A stretch of DNA of 64,000 bases. Source: the human T2T-CHM13v2.0 reference genome, Homo sapiens. A program made the translations under genes and the position numbers. The notes under the pieces are model-generated. The model had not been told where the DNA came from. It made no database searches and saw only the letters and a list, made by a program, of their open reading frames with translations. How positions within the stretch are numbered: the first letter of the stretch is position 1; the number at the start of each line of letters is the position of its first letter. The stretch is taken from the NCBI RefSeq assembly GCF_009914755.1, contig NC_060937.1; one strand, given 5' to 3'. Positions 28,846 through 45,470 of this stretch are shown in pieces.

Positions 28846-31800
28846 ATTATATGCTGTACATAAAATATGAAAGTACATCAAATATATATTTTATTCTGTA
28901 TATAAAATATCAAAGTACACCAAATATATATTCTATACTGTACATAAAATATCAAGGTACCCAAACTATACATTATATACTGTACATAAAATATGAAATT
29001 ACATCAAATATATATTATATTAGGTACATAAAATTTGAAAGTACATCAAATATAGATTATATACTGTACATAAAATATCAAAGTACCCAAATATATATCA
29101 TATACTGTACATGAAATATCAAAGTTCACAAACTATATGTTATATACTGTACATAAAATATCAAAGTACCCAAACTATACATTATATACTGTACATAAAA
29201 TATGAAATTACCTCAAATATATATTATATTAGGTATGTAAAATATGAAAGTACATCAAATATAGATTATATACTGTACATAAAATACCAAAGTACCCCAA
29301 ATATATATTTTATACTGTACATGAAATATCAAAGTTCTCAAACTATATATTATACTGCACCTAAAATATCAAAGTACCCAAGGTATATATTCCATACTGT
29401 ACAAAAAATATCAAAGTACCCAAAGCATATATTATATGCTGTACATAAAATATGAAAGTACATGAAATATATATTTTATTCTCTACATAAAATATCAAAG
29501 TACACCAAATATACATTCTATACTGTACATAAAATATCAAGGTACCCAAACTATACATTATATACTGTACATAAAATATGAAATTACATCAAATATATAT
29601 TATATTAGGTACATAAAATATGAAAGTACATCAAATATAGATTATAAACTGTACATAAAATATCAAAGTACCCAAATATATATTATATACTGTACCTGAA
29701 ATATCAAATTCACAAACTATATATTATATACTGTACATAAAATATCAAAATACCCAAACTATACATTATATACTGTACATAAAAGATGAAATTACATCAA
29801 ATATATATTATATTAGGTATGTAAAATATGAAAGTACATCAAGTATAGATTATATACTGTACATAAAATACCAAAGTACCCCAAATATATATTTTATACT
29901 GTACATGAAATATCAAAGTTCTCAAACTATAAATTATATACTGCACATAAAATATCAAAGTACCCAAGGTATATATTCCATACTGTACAAAAAATATCAA
30001 AGTACCCAAAGCATATATTATATGCTGTACATAAAATATGAAACTACATGAAATATATATTTTATTCTGTACATAAAATATCAAAGTACACCAAATATAT
30101 ATTCTATACTGTACATAAAATATCAAGGTACCCAAACTATACATTACATACTGTACATAAAATATGAAATTACATCAAGTATATATTATATTAGGTACAT
30201 AAAATATGAAAGTACATCAAATATAGATTCTATACTGTACATAAAATACCAAAGTACCCCAAATATATATTTTATACTCTACATGAAATATCAAAGTTCT
30301 CAAACTGTATATTATATACTGCACATAAAATATCAAAGTACCCAAGGTATATATTCCATACTGTACAAAAAATATCAAAGTACCCAAAGCATATATTATA
30401 TGCTGTACATAAAATATGAAAGTACATCAAATATATATGTTATTCTGTACATAAAATATCAAAGTACACCAAATATATATTCTATACTGTACATAAAATA
30501 TCAAGGTACCCAAACTATACATTACATACTGTACATAAAATATGAAATTACATCAAATATATATTATATTAGGTACATAAAATATGAAAGTACATCAAAT
30601 ATAGATTATATACTGTACATAAAATATCAAAGTACCCAAATATATATCATATACTGTACATGAAATATCAAAGTTCAAAAACTATATATTATATACTGTA
30701 CATAAAATATCAATGTACCCAAACTATACATTATATACTGTACTTAAAATATGAAATTACATCAAATATATATTTTCTTAGGTACGTAAAATATGAAAGT
30801 ACATCAAATATAGATTATATACTGTACATAAAATACCAAAGTACCCCAAATATATATTTTATACTGTACATGAAATATCAAAGTTCTCAAACTATATATT
30901 ATATACTGCACATAAAATATCAAAGTACCCAAGGTAAATATTCCATACTGTACAAAAAATATCAAAGTACCCAAAGCATATATTATATGTTGTACATAAA
31001 ATATTAAAGTACATGAAATATATATTTTATTCTGTATATAAAATATCAAAGTACACCAAATATATATTCTATACTGTACATAAAATATCAAGGTACCCAA
31101 ACTATACATTACATACTGTACATAAAATATGAAATTACATCAAATATATATTATATTAGGTACATAAAATATGAAAGTACATCAAATATAGATTCTATAC
31201 TGTACATAAAATATCAAAGTACCCAAATATATATCAGATACTGTACATGAAATATCAAAGTTCACAAACTATATATTATATACTGTACATAAAATATCAA
31301 AGTACCCAAACTATACATTTTATACTGTACATAAAATATGAAATTATATCAAATATATATTATATTAGGTATGTAAAATATGAAAGAACATCAAATATAG
31401 ATTATATACTGTACATAAAATACCAAAGTACCCCAAATATATATTTTATGCTGTACATGAAATATCAAAGTTCTCAAACTATATATTATATACTGCACAT
31501 AAAATATCAAAGTACCCAAGGTATGTATTCCATACTGTACAAAAAATATTAAAGTACCCAAAGCATACATTATATGCTGTACATAAAATATGAAAGCACA
31601 TGAAATATATATTTTATTCTCTACATAAAATATCAAAGTACACCAAATATATATTCTATACTGTACATAAAATATCAAGGTACCCAAACTATACATTATA
31701 TACTGTACATAAAATATGAAATTACATCAAATATATATTATATTAGGTACATAAAATATGAAAGTACATCAAATATAGATTATATACTGTACATAAAATA

Positions 31801-34800
31801 TCAAAGTACCCAAATATATATCATATACTGTACCTGAAATATCAAATTCACAAACTATATATTATATACTGTACATAAAATATCAAAGTACCCAAACTAT
31901 ACATTATATACTGTACATAAAAGATGAAATTACATCAAATATATATTATATTAGGTATGTAAAATATGAAAGTACATCAAATATAGATTATATACTGTAC
32001 ATAAAATACCAAAGTACCCCAAATATGTATTTTATACTGTACATGAAATATCAAAGTTCTCAAACTATATATTATATACTGCACATAAAATATCAAAGTA
32101 CCCAAGGTATATATTCCATACTGTACAAAAAATATCAAAGTACCCAAAGCATATATTATATGCTGTAAATAAAATATGAAAGTACATCAAATATATATTT
32201 TATTCTGTACATAAAATATCAAAGTACACCAAATATATATTCTATACTGTACATAAAATATCAAGGTACCCAAACTATACATTACATACTGTACATAAAA
32301 TATGAAATTACATCAAATATATATTATATTAGGTACATAAAATATGAAAGTACATCAAATATAGATTATATACTGTACATAAAATATCAAAGTACCCAAA
32401 TATATATCATATACTGTACATGAAATATCAAAGTACACAAACTATATATTATATACTGTACATAAAATATCAAAGTACCCAAACTATACATTATATACTG
32501 TACATAAAATATGAAATTATATCAAATATATATTATATTAGGTATGTAAAATATGAAAATACATCAAATATAGATTATATACTGTACATAAAATACCAAA
32601 GTACCCCAAATATATATTTTATACTGTACATGAAATATCAAAGTTCTCAAACTATATATTATATACTGCACATGAAATATCAAAGTACCCAAGGTATATA
32701 TTCCATACTGTACAAAAAATATCAAAGTACCCAAAGCATATATTATATGCTGTACATAAAATATGAAAGTACATCAAATATATATGTTATTCTGTACATA
32801 AAATATCAAAGTACACCAAATATATATTCTATACTGTACATAAAATATCAAGGTACCCAAACTATACATTACATACTGTACATAAAATATGAAATTACAT
32901 CAAATATATATTATATTAGGTATATAAAATATGAAAGTACATCAAATATAGTTTCTATACTGTACATAAAATATCAAAGTACCCAAATATATATCATATA
33001 CTGTACATGAAATATCAAAGTTCACAAACTATATATTATATACTGTACATAAAATATCAAAGTACCCAAACTATACATTATATACTGTACTTAAAATATG
33101 AAATTACATCAAATATATATTTTATTAGGTACGTAAAATATGAAAGTACATCAAATATAGATTATATACTGTACATAAAATACCAAAGTACCCCAAATAT
33201 ATATTTTATACTGTACATGAAATATCAAAGTTCTCAAACTGTATATTATATACTGCACATAAAATATCAAAGTACCCAAGGTAAATATTCCATACTGTAC
33301 AAAAAATATCAAAGTACCCAAAGCATATATTATATGCTGTACATAAAATATGAAAGTACATGAAATATATATTTTATTCTCTACATAAAATATCAAAGTA
33401 CACCAAATATATATTCTATACTGTACATAAAATATCAAGGTACCCAAACTATACATTACATACTGTACATAAAATATGAAATTACATCAAATATATATTA
33501 TATTAGGTACATAAAATATGAAAGTACATCAAATATAGATTCTATACTGTACATAAAATATCAAAGTACCCAAATATATATCAGATACTGTACATGAAAT
33601 ATCAAAGTTCACAAACTATATATTATATACTGTACATAAAATATCAAAGTACCCAAACTATACATTATATACTGTACATAAAAGATGAAATTATATCAAA
33701 TATATATTATATTAGGTATGTAAAATATGAAAGTACATCAAATATAGATTATATACTGTACATAATATACCAAAGTACCCCAAATATATATTTTATACTG
33801 TACATGAAATATCAAAGTTCTCAAACTATATATTATATACTGCACATAAAATATCAAAGTACCCAATGTATATATTCCATACTGTACAAAAAATATCAAA
33901 GTACCCAAAGCATATATTATATGCTGTACATAAAATGTGAATGTACATCAAATATATATTTTATTCTGTACATAAAATGTCAAAGTACACCAAATATATA
34001 TTCTATACTGTACATAAAATATCAAGGTACCCAAACTATACATTATATACTGTACATAAAATATGAAATTACATCAAATATATATTATATTAGGTACATA
34101 AAATATGAAAGTACATCAAATATAGATTATATACTGTACATAAAATATCAAAGTACCCAAATATATATCATATACTGTACATGAAATATCAAAGTTCACA
34201 AACTATATATTATATACTGTACATAAAATATCAAAGTACCCAAACTATACATTATATACTGTACATAAAATATGAAATTACATCAAACATATATTATATT
34301 AGGTATGTAAAATATGAAAGTACATCAAGTATAGATTATATACTGTACATAAAATACCAAAGTACCCCAAATATATATTTTATACTGTACATGAAATATC
34401 AAAGTTCTCAAACTATATATTATATACTGCACATAAAATATCAAAGTACCCAAGGTATATATTCCATACTGTACAAAAAATATCAAAGTACCCAAAGCAT
34501 ATATTATATGCTGTACATAAAATGTGAAAGTACATGAAATATATATTTTATTCTGTATATAAAATATCAAATTACACCAAATATATATTCTATACTGTAC
34601 ATAAAATATCAAGGTACCCAAACTATACATTACATACTGTACATAAAATATGAAATTACATCAAATATATATTATATTAGGTACATAAAATATGAAAGTA
34701 CATCAAATATAGATTCTATACTGTACATAAAATATCAAAGTACCCAAATATATATCATATACTGTACATGAAATATCAAAGTTCACAAACTATATATTAT

Positions 34801-37701
34801 ATACTGTACATAAAATATCAAAGTACCCAAACTATACATTATATACTGTACATAAAATATGAAATTACATCAAATATATATTATATTAGGTATGTAAAAT
34901 ATGAAAGTACATCAAATATAGATTATATACTGTACATAAAATACCAAAGTACCCCAAATATATATTTTATACTGTACATGAAATATCAAAGTTCTCAACC
35001 TATATATTATATACTGCACATAAAATATCAAAGTACCCAAGGTATATATTCCATACTGTACAAAAAATATCAAAGTACCCAAAGCATATATTATATGCTG
35101 TACATAAAATATGAAAGTACATCAAATATATATTTTATTCTGTACATAAAATATCAAAGTACACCAAATATATATTCTATACTGTACATAAAATATCAAG
35201 GTACCCAAACTATACATTACATACTGTACATAAAATATGAAATTACATCAAATATGTATTATATTAGGTACATAAAATATGAAAGTACATCAAATATAGA
35301 TTATATACTGTACATAAAATATCAAAGTACCCAAATATATATCATATACAGTACATGAAATATCAAAGTTCACAAACTATATATTATATACTGTACATAA
35401 AATATCAAAGTATCCAAACTATACATTATATACTGTACATAAAAGATGAAATTACATCAAATATATATTATATTAGGTATGTAAAATATGAAAGTGCATC
35501 AAATATAGATTGTATACTGTACATAAAATACCAACGTACCCCAAATATATATTTTATACTGTACATGAAATATCAAACTTCTCAAACTATATATTATATA
35601 CTGCACATAAAATATCAAAGTTCCCAAGGTATATATTCCATACTGTACAAAAAATATCAAAGTACCCAAAGCATATATTATATGCTGTACATAAAATATG
35701 AAAGTACATGAAATATATATTTTATTCTGTATATAAATATCAAAGTACACCAAATATATATTCTATACTGTACATAAAATATCAAGGTACCCAAACTATA
35801 CATTACATACTGTACATAAAATATGAAATTACATCAAATATATATTATATTAGGTACATAAAATATGAAAGTACATCAAATATAGATTCTATACTGTACA
35901 TAAAATATCAAAGTACCCAAATATATATCATATACTGTACATGAAATATCAAAGTTCACAAACTATATATTATATACTGTACATAAAATATCAAAGTACC
36001 CAAACTATACATCATATACTGTACATAAAATATGAAATTACATCAAATATATATTATATTAGGTATGTAAAATATGAAAGTACATCAAATATAGATTATA
36101 TACTGTACATAAAATACCAAAGTACCGCAAATATATATTTTATTCTCTACATGAAATATCAAAGTTCTCAAACTATATATTATATACTGCACGTAAAATA
36201 TCAAAGTACCCAAGGTATATATTCCATACTGTACAAAAAATATCAAAGTACCCAAAGCATATATTATATGCTGTACATAAAATATGAAAGTACATCAAAT
36301 ATATATTTTATTCTGTACATAAAATATCAAAGTACACTAAATATATATTCTATACTGTACATAAAATATCAAGGTACCCAAACTATACATTATATACTGT
36401 ACCTAGAATATGAAATTACATCAAATATACATTATATTAGGTACATAAAATATGAAAGTACATCAAATATAGATTATATACTGTACATAAAATATCAAAG
36501 TACCCAAATATATGTCATATACTGTACATGAAATATCAAAGTTTACAAACTATGTATTATATACTGTACATAAAATATCAAAGTATCCTAACTATACATT
36601 ATATACTGTACATAAAATATGAAATTACATCAAATATATATTATATTAGGTATGTAAAATATGAAAGTACATCAAATATAGATTATATACTGTATATAAA
36701 ATACCAAAGTACCCCAAATATATATTTTATACTGTACATGAAATATCAAAGTTCTCAAACTATATATTATATACTGCACATAAAATATCAAAGTACCCAA
36801 GGTATATATTCCATACTGTACAAAAAATATCAAAGTACCCAAAGCATGTATTATATGCTGTACATAAAATATGAAAGTACATCAAATATATATTTTATTC
36901 TGTACATAAAATATCAAAGTACACTAAATATATATTCTATACTGTACATAAAATATCAAGGTACCCAAACTATACATTATATACTGTACCTAGAATATGA
37001 AATTACATCAAATATACATTATATTAGGTACATAAAATATGAAAGTACATCAAATATAGATTATATACTGTACATAAAATATCAAAGTACCCAAATATAT
37101 ATCATATACTGTACATGAAATATCAAAGTTTACAAACTATATATTATATACTGTACATAAAATATCAAAGTATCCTAACTATACATTATATACTGTACAT
37201 AAAATATGAAATTACATCAAATATATATTATATTAGGTATGTAAAATATGAAAGTACATCAAATATAGATTATATACTGTATATAAAATACCAAAGTACC
37301 CCAAATATATATTTTATACTGTACATGAAATATCAAAGTTCTCAAACTATATATTATATACTGCACATAAAATATCAAAGTACCCAAGGTATATATTCCA
37401 TACTGTACAAAAAATATCAAAGTACCCAAAGCATATATTATATGCTGTACATAAAATATGAAAGTACATCAAATATATATTTTATTCTGTACATAAAATA
37501 TCAAAGTACACTAAATATATATTCTATACTGTACATAAAATAACAAGGTACCCAAACTATACATTATATACTGTACCTAGAATATGAAATTACATCAAAT
37601 ATATATTATATTAGGTACATAAAATATGAAAGTACATCAAATATAGTTTATATACTGTACATAAAATATCAAAGTACCCAAATATATATAATATACTGTA
37701 C
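28846..37701 (+). repeat. 14-mer (587 bp) HOR block
   Basis: Unit starts at 32420, 33007, 33594, 34181, 34768, 35355 (587 apart), then 35941, 36528, 37115, 37702. Confidence 0.93.
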
Positions 37702-39600
37702 ATGAAATATCAAAGTTCACAAACTATATATTATATACTGTACACAAAATATCAAAGTATCCAAGGTATATATTCTATACTGTACAAAAAATATCAAAGT
37801 ACCCAAATCATGTATTATATACTGTACATAAAATATGAAAGTAAATCAAATATATATTTTATTCTGTACATAAAATATCAAAGTACACCAGATATATATT
37901 TTATTGTGTACATAAAATATCAAAGTACCCAAACTATACATTATATACTGTACATAAAATATGAAATTACATCAAATATATATTATATTAGGTACATAAA
38001 ATATGAAAGTACATCAAATATAGATTATATACTGTATATAAAATATCAAAGTACCCCAAATATATATTATATACTGTACATGAAATATCAAAGAACCCAA
38101 GGTATATATTCTATACTGTAGAAAAAATATCAAAGTACCAAAAGCATGTATTATATACTGTACATGAAATATGAAAATACATCAAATATATATTTTATTA
38201 TGTACAAAAAATATCAAAGTACACCAGATATATATTTTATAGTGTACATAAAATATCAAAGTACCTAAAGTATACATCATATACTGTACATAAAATATGA
38301 AATTACATCAAATATATATTATATTTGGTACGTAAAATATGAAATTACATCAAATATAGATTATATACTGTACATAAAATATCAAAGTACCCCAAATATA
38401 TATTATATACTGTACATGAAATATCAAAGTTCACAAACTATATATTATATACTGTACATAAAATATCAAAGTACCCAATGTATATATTCTATACTGTACA
38501 AAAAATATCAAAGTACCCAAAGCATGTATTATATACTGTACATAAAATATGAAAGTACATCAAATATATATTTTATTCTGAACATAAAATATCAAAGTAC
38601 AACAGATATATATTTTATAGTGTAGATAAAATATCAAAGTACTCAAACTATACATTATATACTGTACATAAAATATGAAATTACATCAAATATATATTAT
38701 ATTAGGTACATAAAATATGAAAGTACATCAAATATAGATTATATACTGTACATAAAATATCAAAGTACCCCAAATATATATTATATACTCTACATGAAAT
38801 ATCAAACTTCAGAATCTATATATTATATACTGTAGAGAAAATATTAAAGTACCCAACGTATATATTCTATACTGTACAAAAAATATCAAAGTATGCAAAG
38901 CATGTATTATATACTGTACATAAAATATGAAAGTACATCAAATATATATTTTATTCTGTACATAAAATATCAAAGTACACCAGATATATATTTTATCGTG
39001 TACATAAAATATCAAAGTACCCAAACTATACATTATATACTGTACATAAAATATGAAATTACATCAAATATATATTATATTAGGTACATAAAATATGAAA
39101 GTAGATCAAATATAGATTATTAACTGTACATAAAATATCAAAGAACCCCAAATATATATTATATACTGTACATGAAATATCAAACTTCACAAACTATATA
39201 TTATATACTGTACATAAAATATCAAATTACCGAAGGTATATATTCTATACTGTACAAAAAATATCAAAGTACCCAAAGCATGTATTATATACTGTACATA
39301 AAATATGAAAGTACATCAAATATATATTTTATTCTGTACATATAATATCAAAGTACACCAGATATATATTTTATAGTGTACATAAAATATCAAAGTACCC
39401 AAACTATACATTATATACTCCACATAAAATATGAAATTACATCAAATATATATTATATTAGGTACATAAAATATGAAAGTACATCAAATATAGATTATAT
39501 ACTGTACATAAAATATAAAAGAACCCCAAATATATATTATATACTGTACTTGAAATATCAAACTTCACAAACTATATATTATATACTGTACATAAAATAT
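37702..39600 (+). repeat. Second diverged 9-mer island, about 5 units including one 8-mer
   Basis: The private E variant cagatatatatttt has its GAT at 37891, 38227, 38605, 38983 and 39361 (spacings 336, 378, 378, 378). Confidence 0.87.
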
Positions 39601-42600
39601 CAAAGTACCCAAATATATATCATATACTGTACATGAAATATCCAAGTTCACAAACTATACGTTATATACTGTACATGAAATATGAAATTACAACAAATAT
39701 ATATTTTATTAGGTATGTAAAATATGAAAGTACATCAAATATAGATTATATAGTGTACATAAAATACCAAAGTACCCCAAATATATATTTTATACTGTAC
39801 ATGAAATATCAAGGTACCCAAACTATACATTTTATACTGTACATAAAATATGAAATTACATCAAATTGAGATTATATTAGGTACATAAAATATGAAATTA
39901 CATCAAATATATATTATATTAGGTATGTAAAATATGAAAGTACATCAAATATAGATTATATACTGTACATAAAATACCAAAGTACCCCAAATATATATTT
40001 TATACTGTACATGAAATATCAACGTTCTCAAACTATATATTATATACTGCACATAAAATATCAAAGTACCCAAGCTATATATTCCATACTGTACAAAAAA
40101 TATCAAAGTACCCAAAGCATATATTATATGCTACACATAAAATATGAAAGTACATCAAATATATATTTTATTCTGTACATAAAATATCAAAGTACACCAA
40201 ATATATATTCTATACTGTACATAAAATATCAAGGTACCCAAACTATACATTATATTCTGTACATAAAATATGAAATTACATCAAATATATATTATATTAG
40301 GTACATAAAATATGAAAGTACATCAAATATAGATTATATACTGTACATAAAATATCAAAGTACCCAAATATATATCATATACTGTACATGAAATATCAAA
40401 GTTCACAAACTATATATTATATACAGTACATAAAATATCAAAGTACCCAAACTATACATTATATACTGTACATAAAATATGAAATTGCATCAAATATATA
40501 TTATATTAGGTATGTAAAATATGAAAGTACATCAAATATAGATTATATACTGTACATAAAATACCAAAGTACCCCAAATATATATTTTATACTGTACATG
40601 AAATATCAAAGTACTCAAACTATATATTATATACTGAACATAAAATATCAAAGTACCCAAGGTATACATTCCATACTGTACAAAAAATATCAAAGTACCC
40701 AAAGCATATATTATATGCTGTACATAAAATATGAAAGTACATGAAATATATATTTTATTCTCTACATAAAATATCAAAGTACACCAAATATATATTCTAT
40801 ACTGTAAATAAAATATCAAGGTACCCAAACTATACATTATATACTGTACATAAAATATGAAATTACATCAAATATATATTATATTAGGTACATAAAATAT
40901 GAAAGTACATCAAATATAGATTATATACTGTACATAAAATATCAAAGTACCCAAATATATATCATATACTGTACATGAAATATCAAAGTTCACAAACTAT
41001 ATATTATATACTGCACATAAAATATCAAAGTACCCAAACAATACATTATATACTGTACATAAAATATGAAATTACATCAAATATATATTATATTAGGTAT
41101 GTAAAATATGAAAGTACATCAAATATAGATTATATACTGTACATAAAATACCAAAGTACCCCAAATATATATTTTATACTGTACATGAAATATCAAAGCT
41201 CTCAAAATATATATTATATACTGCACATAAAATATCAAAGTACCCAAGGTATATATTCCATAATGTACAAAAAATATCAAAGTACCCAATGCATATATTA
41301 TATGCTGTACATAAAATATGAAAGTACATCAAATATATATTTTATTCTGTACATAAAATATCAAAGTACACCAAATAAATATTCTAAACTGCACATAAAA
41401 TATAAAGGTACCCAAACTATACATTATATACTGTACATAAAATATGAAATTACATCAAATATATATTATATTAGGTACATAAAATATGAAAGTACATCAA
41501 ATATAGATTATATACTGTACATAAAATATCAAAGTACCCAAATATATATCATATACTGTACATGAAATATCAAAGTTCACAAACTATATATTATATACTG
41601 TACATAAAATATCAAAGTACCCAAACTATACATTATATACTGTACATAAAATATGAAATTACATCAAATATATTTTATTAGGTACGTAAAATATGAAAGT
41701 ACATCAAATATAGATTATATACTGTACATAAAATACCAAAGTACCCCAAATATATATTTAATACTGTACATGAAATATCAAAGTTCTCAAACTATATATT
41801 ATATACTGCACATAAAATATCAAAGTACCCAAGGTATATATTCCATACTGTACAAAAAATATCAAAGTACCCAAAGCATATATTATATGCTGTACATAAA
41901 ATATGAAAGTACATCAAATATATATTTTATTCTGTACATAAAATATCAAAGTGCACCAAATATATATTCTATACTGTACATAAAATATCAAGGTACCCAA
42001 ACTATACATTATATACTGTACATAAAATATGAAATTACATCAAATATATATTATATTAGGTATGTAAAATATGAAAGTACATCAAATATAGATTATATAC
42101 TGTACATAAAATATCAAAGTACCCAAATATATATCATATACTGTACATGAAATATCAAAGTTCACAAACTATATATTATATACTGTACATAAAATATCAA
42201 AGTACCCAAACTATACATTATATACTGTACATAAAATATGAAATTACATCAAATATATATTTTATTAGGTATGTAAAATATGAAAGTACATCAAATACAG
42301 ATTATATACTGTACATAAAATACCAAAGTACCCCAAATATATATTTTATACTGTACATGAAATATCAAAGTTCTCAAACTATATATTATATACTGCACAT
42401 AAAATATCAAAGTACCCAAGGTATATATTCCATACTGTACAAAAAATATCAAAGTACCCAAAGCATATATTATATGCTGTACATAAAATATGAAAGTACA
42501 TCAAATCTATATTTTATTCTGTACATAAAATATCAAAGTACACCAAATATATATTCTATACTTTACATAAAATATCAAGGTACCCAAACTATACATTATA

Positions 42601-45470
42601 TACTGTACATAAAATATGAAATTACATCAAATATATATTATATTAGGTACATAAAATATGAAAGTACATCAAATATAGATTATATACTGTACATAAAATA
42701 TCAAACTACCCAAATATATATCATATACTGTACATGAAATATCAAGGTACCCAAACTATACATTATATACTGTACATAAAATATGAAATTACATCAAATA
42801 TATATTAGATTAGGTATATAAAATATGAAATTACATCAAATATATATTATATTAGGTATGTAAAATATGAAAGTAAATCAAATATAGATTATATACTGTA
42901 CATAAAATACCAAAGTACCCCAAATATATATTTTATACTGTACATGAAATATCAAAGTTCTCAAACTATATATTATATACTGCAAATAAAATATCAAAGT
43001 ACCCAAGGTATATATTCCATACTGTACAAAAAATATCAAAGTACCCAAAGCATATATTATATGCTGTACAGAAAATATGAAAGTACATCAAATATATATT
43101 TTACTCTGTACATAAAATATCAAAGTACACCAAATATATATTCTATAATGTACATAAAATATCAAGGTACCCAAACTATACATTATATACTGTACATAAA
43201 ATATGAAATTACATCAAATATATATTATATTAGGTACATAAAATATGAAAGTACATCAAATATAGATTATATACTGTACATAAAATATCAAAGTACCCAA
43301 ATATATATCATATACAGTACATGAAATATCAAAGTTCACAAACTATATATTATATACTGTACATAAAATATCAAAGTACCCAAACTATACATTATATACT
43401 GTACATAAAATATGAAATTACATCAAATATATATTATATTAGGTATGTAAAATATGAAAGTACATCAAATATAGATTATATACTGTACATAAAATACCAA
43501 AGTACCCCAAAAATATATTTTATACTGTACATGAAATATCAAAGTTCTCAAACTCTATATTATATACTGCACATAAAATATCAAAGTACCCAAGCTATAT
43601 ATTCCATACTGTACAAAAAATATCAAAGTACCCAAAGCATATATTATATGCTGTACATAAAATATGAAAGTACATCAAATATATATTTTATTCTGTACAT
43701 AAAATATCAAAGTGCAACAAATATATATTCTATACTGTACATAAAATATCAAGGTACCCAAACTATACATTATATACTGTACATAAAATATGAAATTACA
43801 TCAAATATATATTATATTAGGTACATAAAATATGAAAGTACATCAAATATAGATTCTATACTGTACATAAAATATCAAAGTACCCAAATATATATCATAT
43901 ACTGTACATGAAATATCAAAGTTCACAAACTATATATTATATACCGTACATAAAATATCAAAGTACCCAAACTATACATTATATTCTGTACTTAAAATAT
44001 GAAATTACATCAAATATATTTTATTAGGTACGTAAAATATGAAAGTACATCAAATATAGATTATATACTGTACACAAAATACCAAAGTACCCCAAATATA
44101 TATTTTATACTGTACATGAAATATCAAAGTTCTCAAACTATATATTACATACTGCACATAAAATATCAAAGTACCCAAGGTATATATTCCATACTGTACA
44201 AAAAATATCAAAGTACCCAAAGCATATATTATATGCTGTACCTAAAATATGAAAATACATCAAATATATGTTTTATTCTGTAGATAAAATATCAAAGTAC
44301 ACCAAATATATATTCTATACTGTACATAAAATATCAAGGTACCCAAACTATACATTATATACTGTACATAAAATATGAAATTACATCAAATATATATTAT
44401 ATTAGGTACATAAAATATGAAACTACATCAAATATAGATTATATACTGTACATAAAATATCAAAGTACCCAAATATATATCATATACTGTACATGAAATA
44501 TCAAAGTTCACAAACTATATATTATATACTGTACATAAAATATCAAAGTATCCAAACTATACATTATATACTGTACATAAAATATGAAATTACATCAAAT
44601 ATATATTATATTAGGTATGTAAAATATGAAAGTACATCAAATATAGATTATATACTGTACATAAAATACCAAAGTACCCCAAATATATATTTAATACTGT
44701 ACATGAAATATCAAAGTTCTCAAACTATATATTATATACTGCACATAAAATATCAAAGTACCCAAGGTATATATTCCATACTGTACAAAAAATATCAAAG
44801 TACCCAAAGCATATATTTTATGCTGTACATAAAATATGAAAGTACATCAAATATATATTTTATTCTGTACATAAAATATCAAAGTACACCAAATATATAT
44901 TCTATACGTTACATAAAATATCAAGGTACCCAAACTATACATTATATACTGTACATAAAATATGAAATTACATCAAATATATATTATATTAGGTACATAA
45001 AATATGAAAGTACATCAAATATAGATTATATACTGTACATAAAATATCAAACTACCCAAATATATATCATATACTGTACATGAAATATCAAGGTACCCAA
45101 ACTATACATTATATACTGTACATAAAATATGAAATTACATCAAATATATATTAGATTAGGTATATAAAATATGAAATTACATCAAATATATATTATATTA
45201 GGTATGTAAAATATGAAAGTAAATCAAATATAGATTATATACTGTACATAAAATACCAAAGTACCCAAAATATATATTTTATACTGTACATGAAATATCA
45301 AAGTTCTCAAACTATATATTATATACTGCAAATAAAATATCAAAGTACCCAAGGTATATATTCCATACTGTACAAAAAATATCAAAGTACCCAAAGCATA
45401 TATTATATGCTGTACAGAAAATATGAAAGTACATCAAATATATATTTTACTCTGTACATAAAATATCAAA
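39601..45470 (+). repeat. 14-mer (587 bp) HOR block with structural variants
   Basis: Unit starts include 40388, 40975, 42147, 43321 and 44493. There are 2-bp deletions at ~41670 and ~44015 and F'-G-G' variant units at ~42735 and ~45080. Confidence 0.9.
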
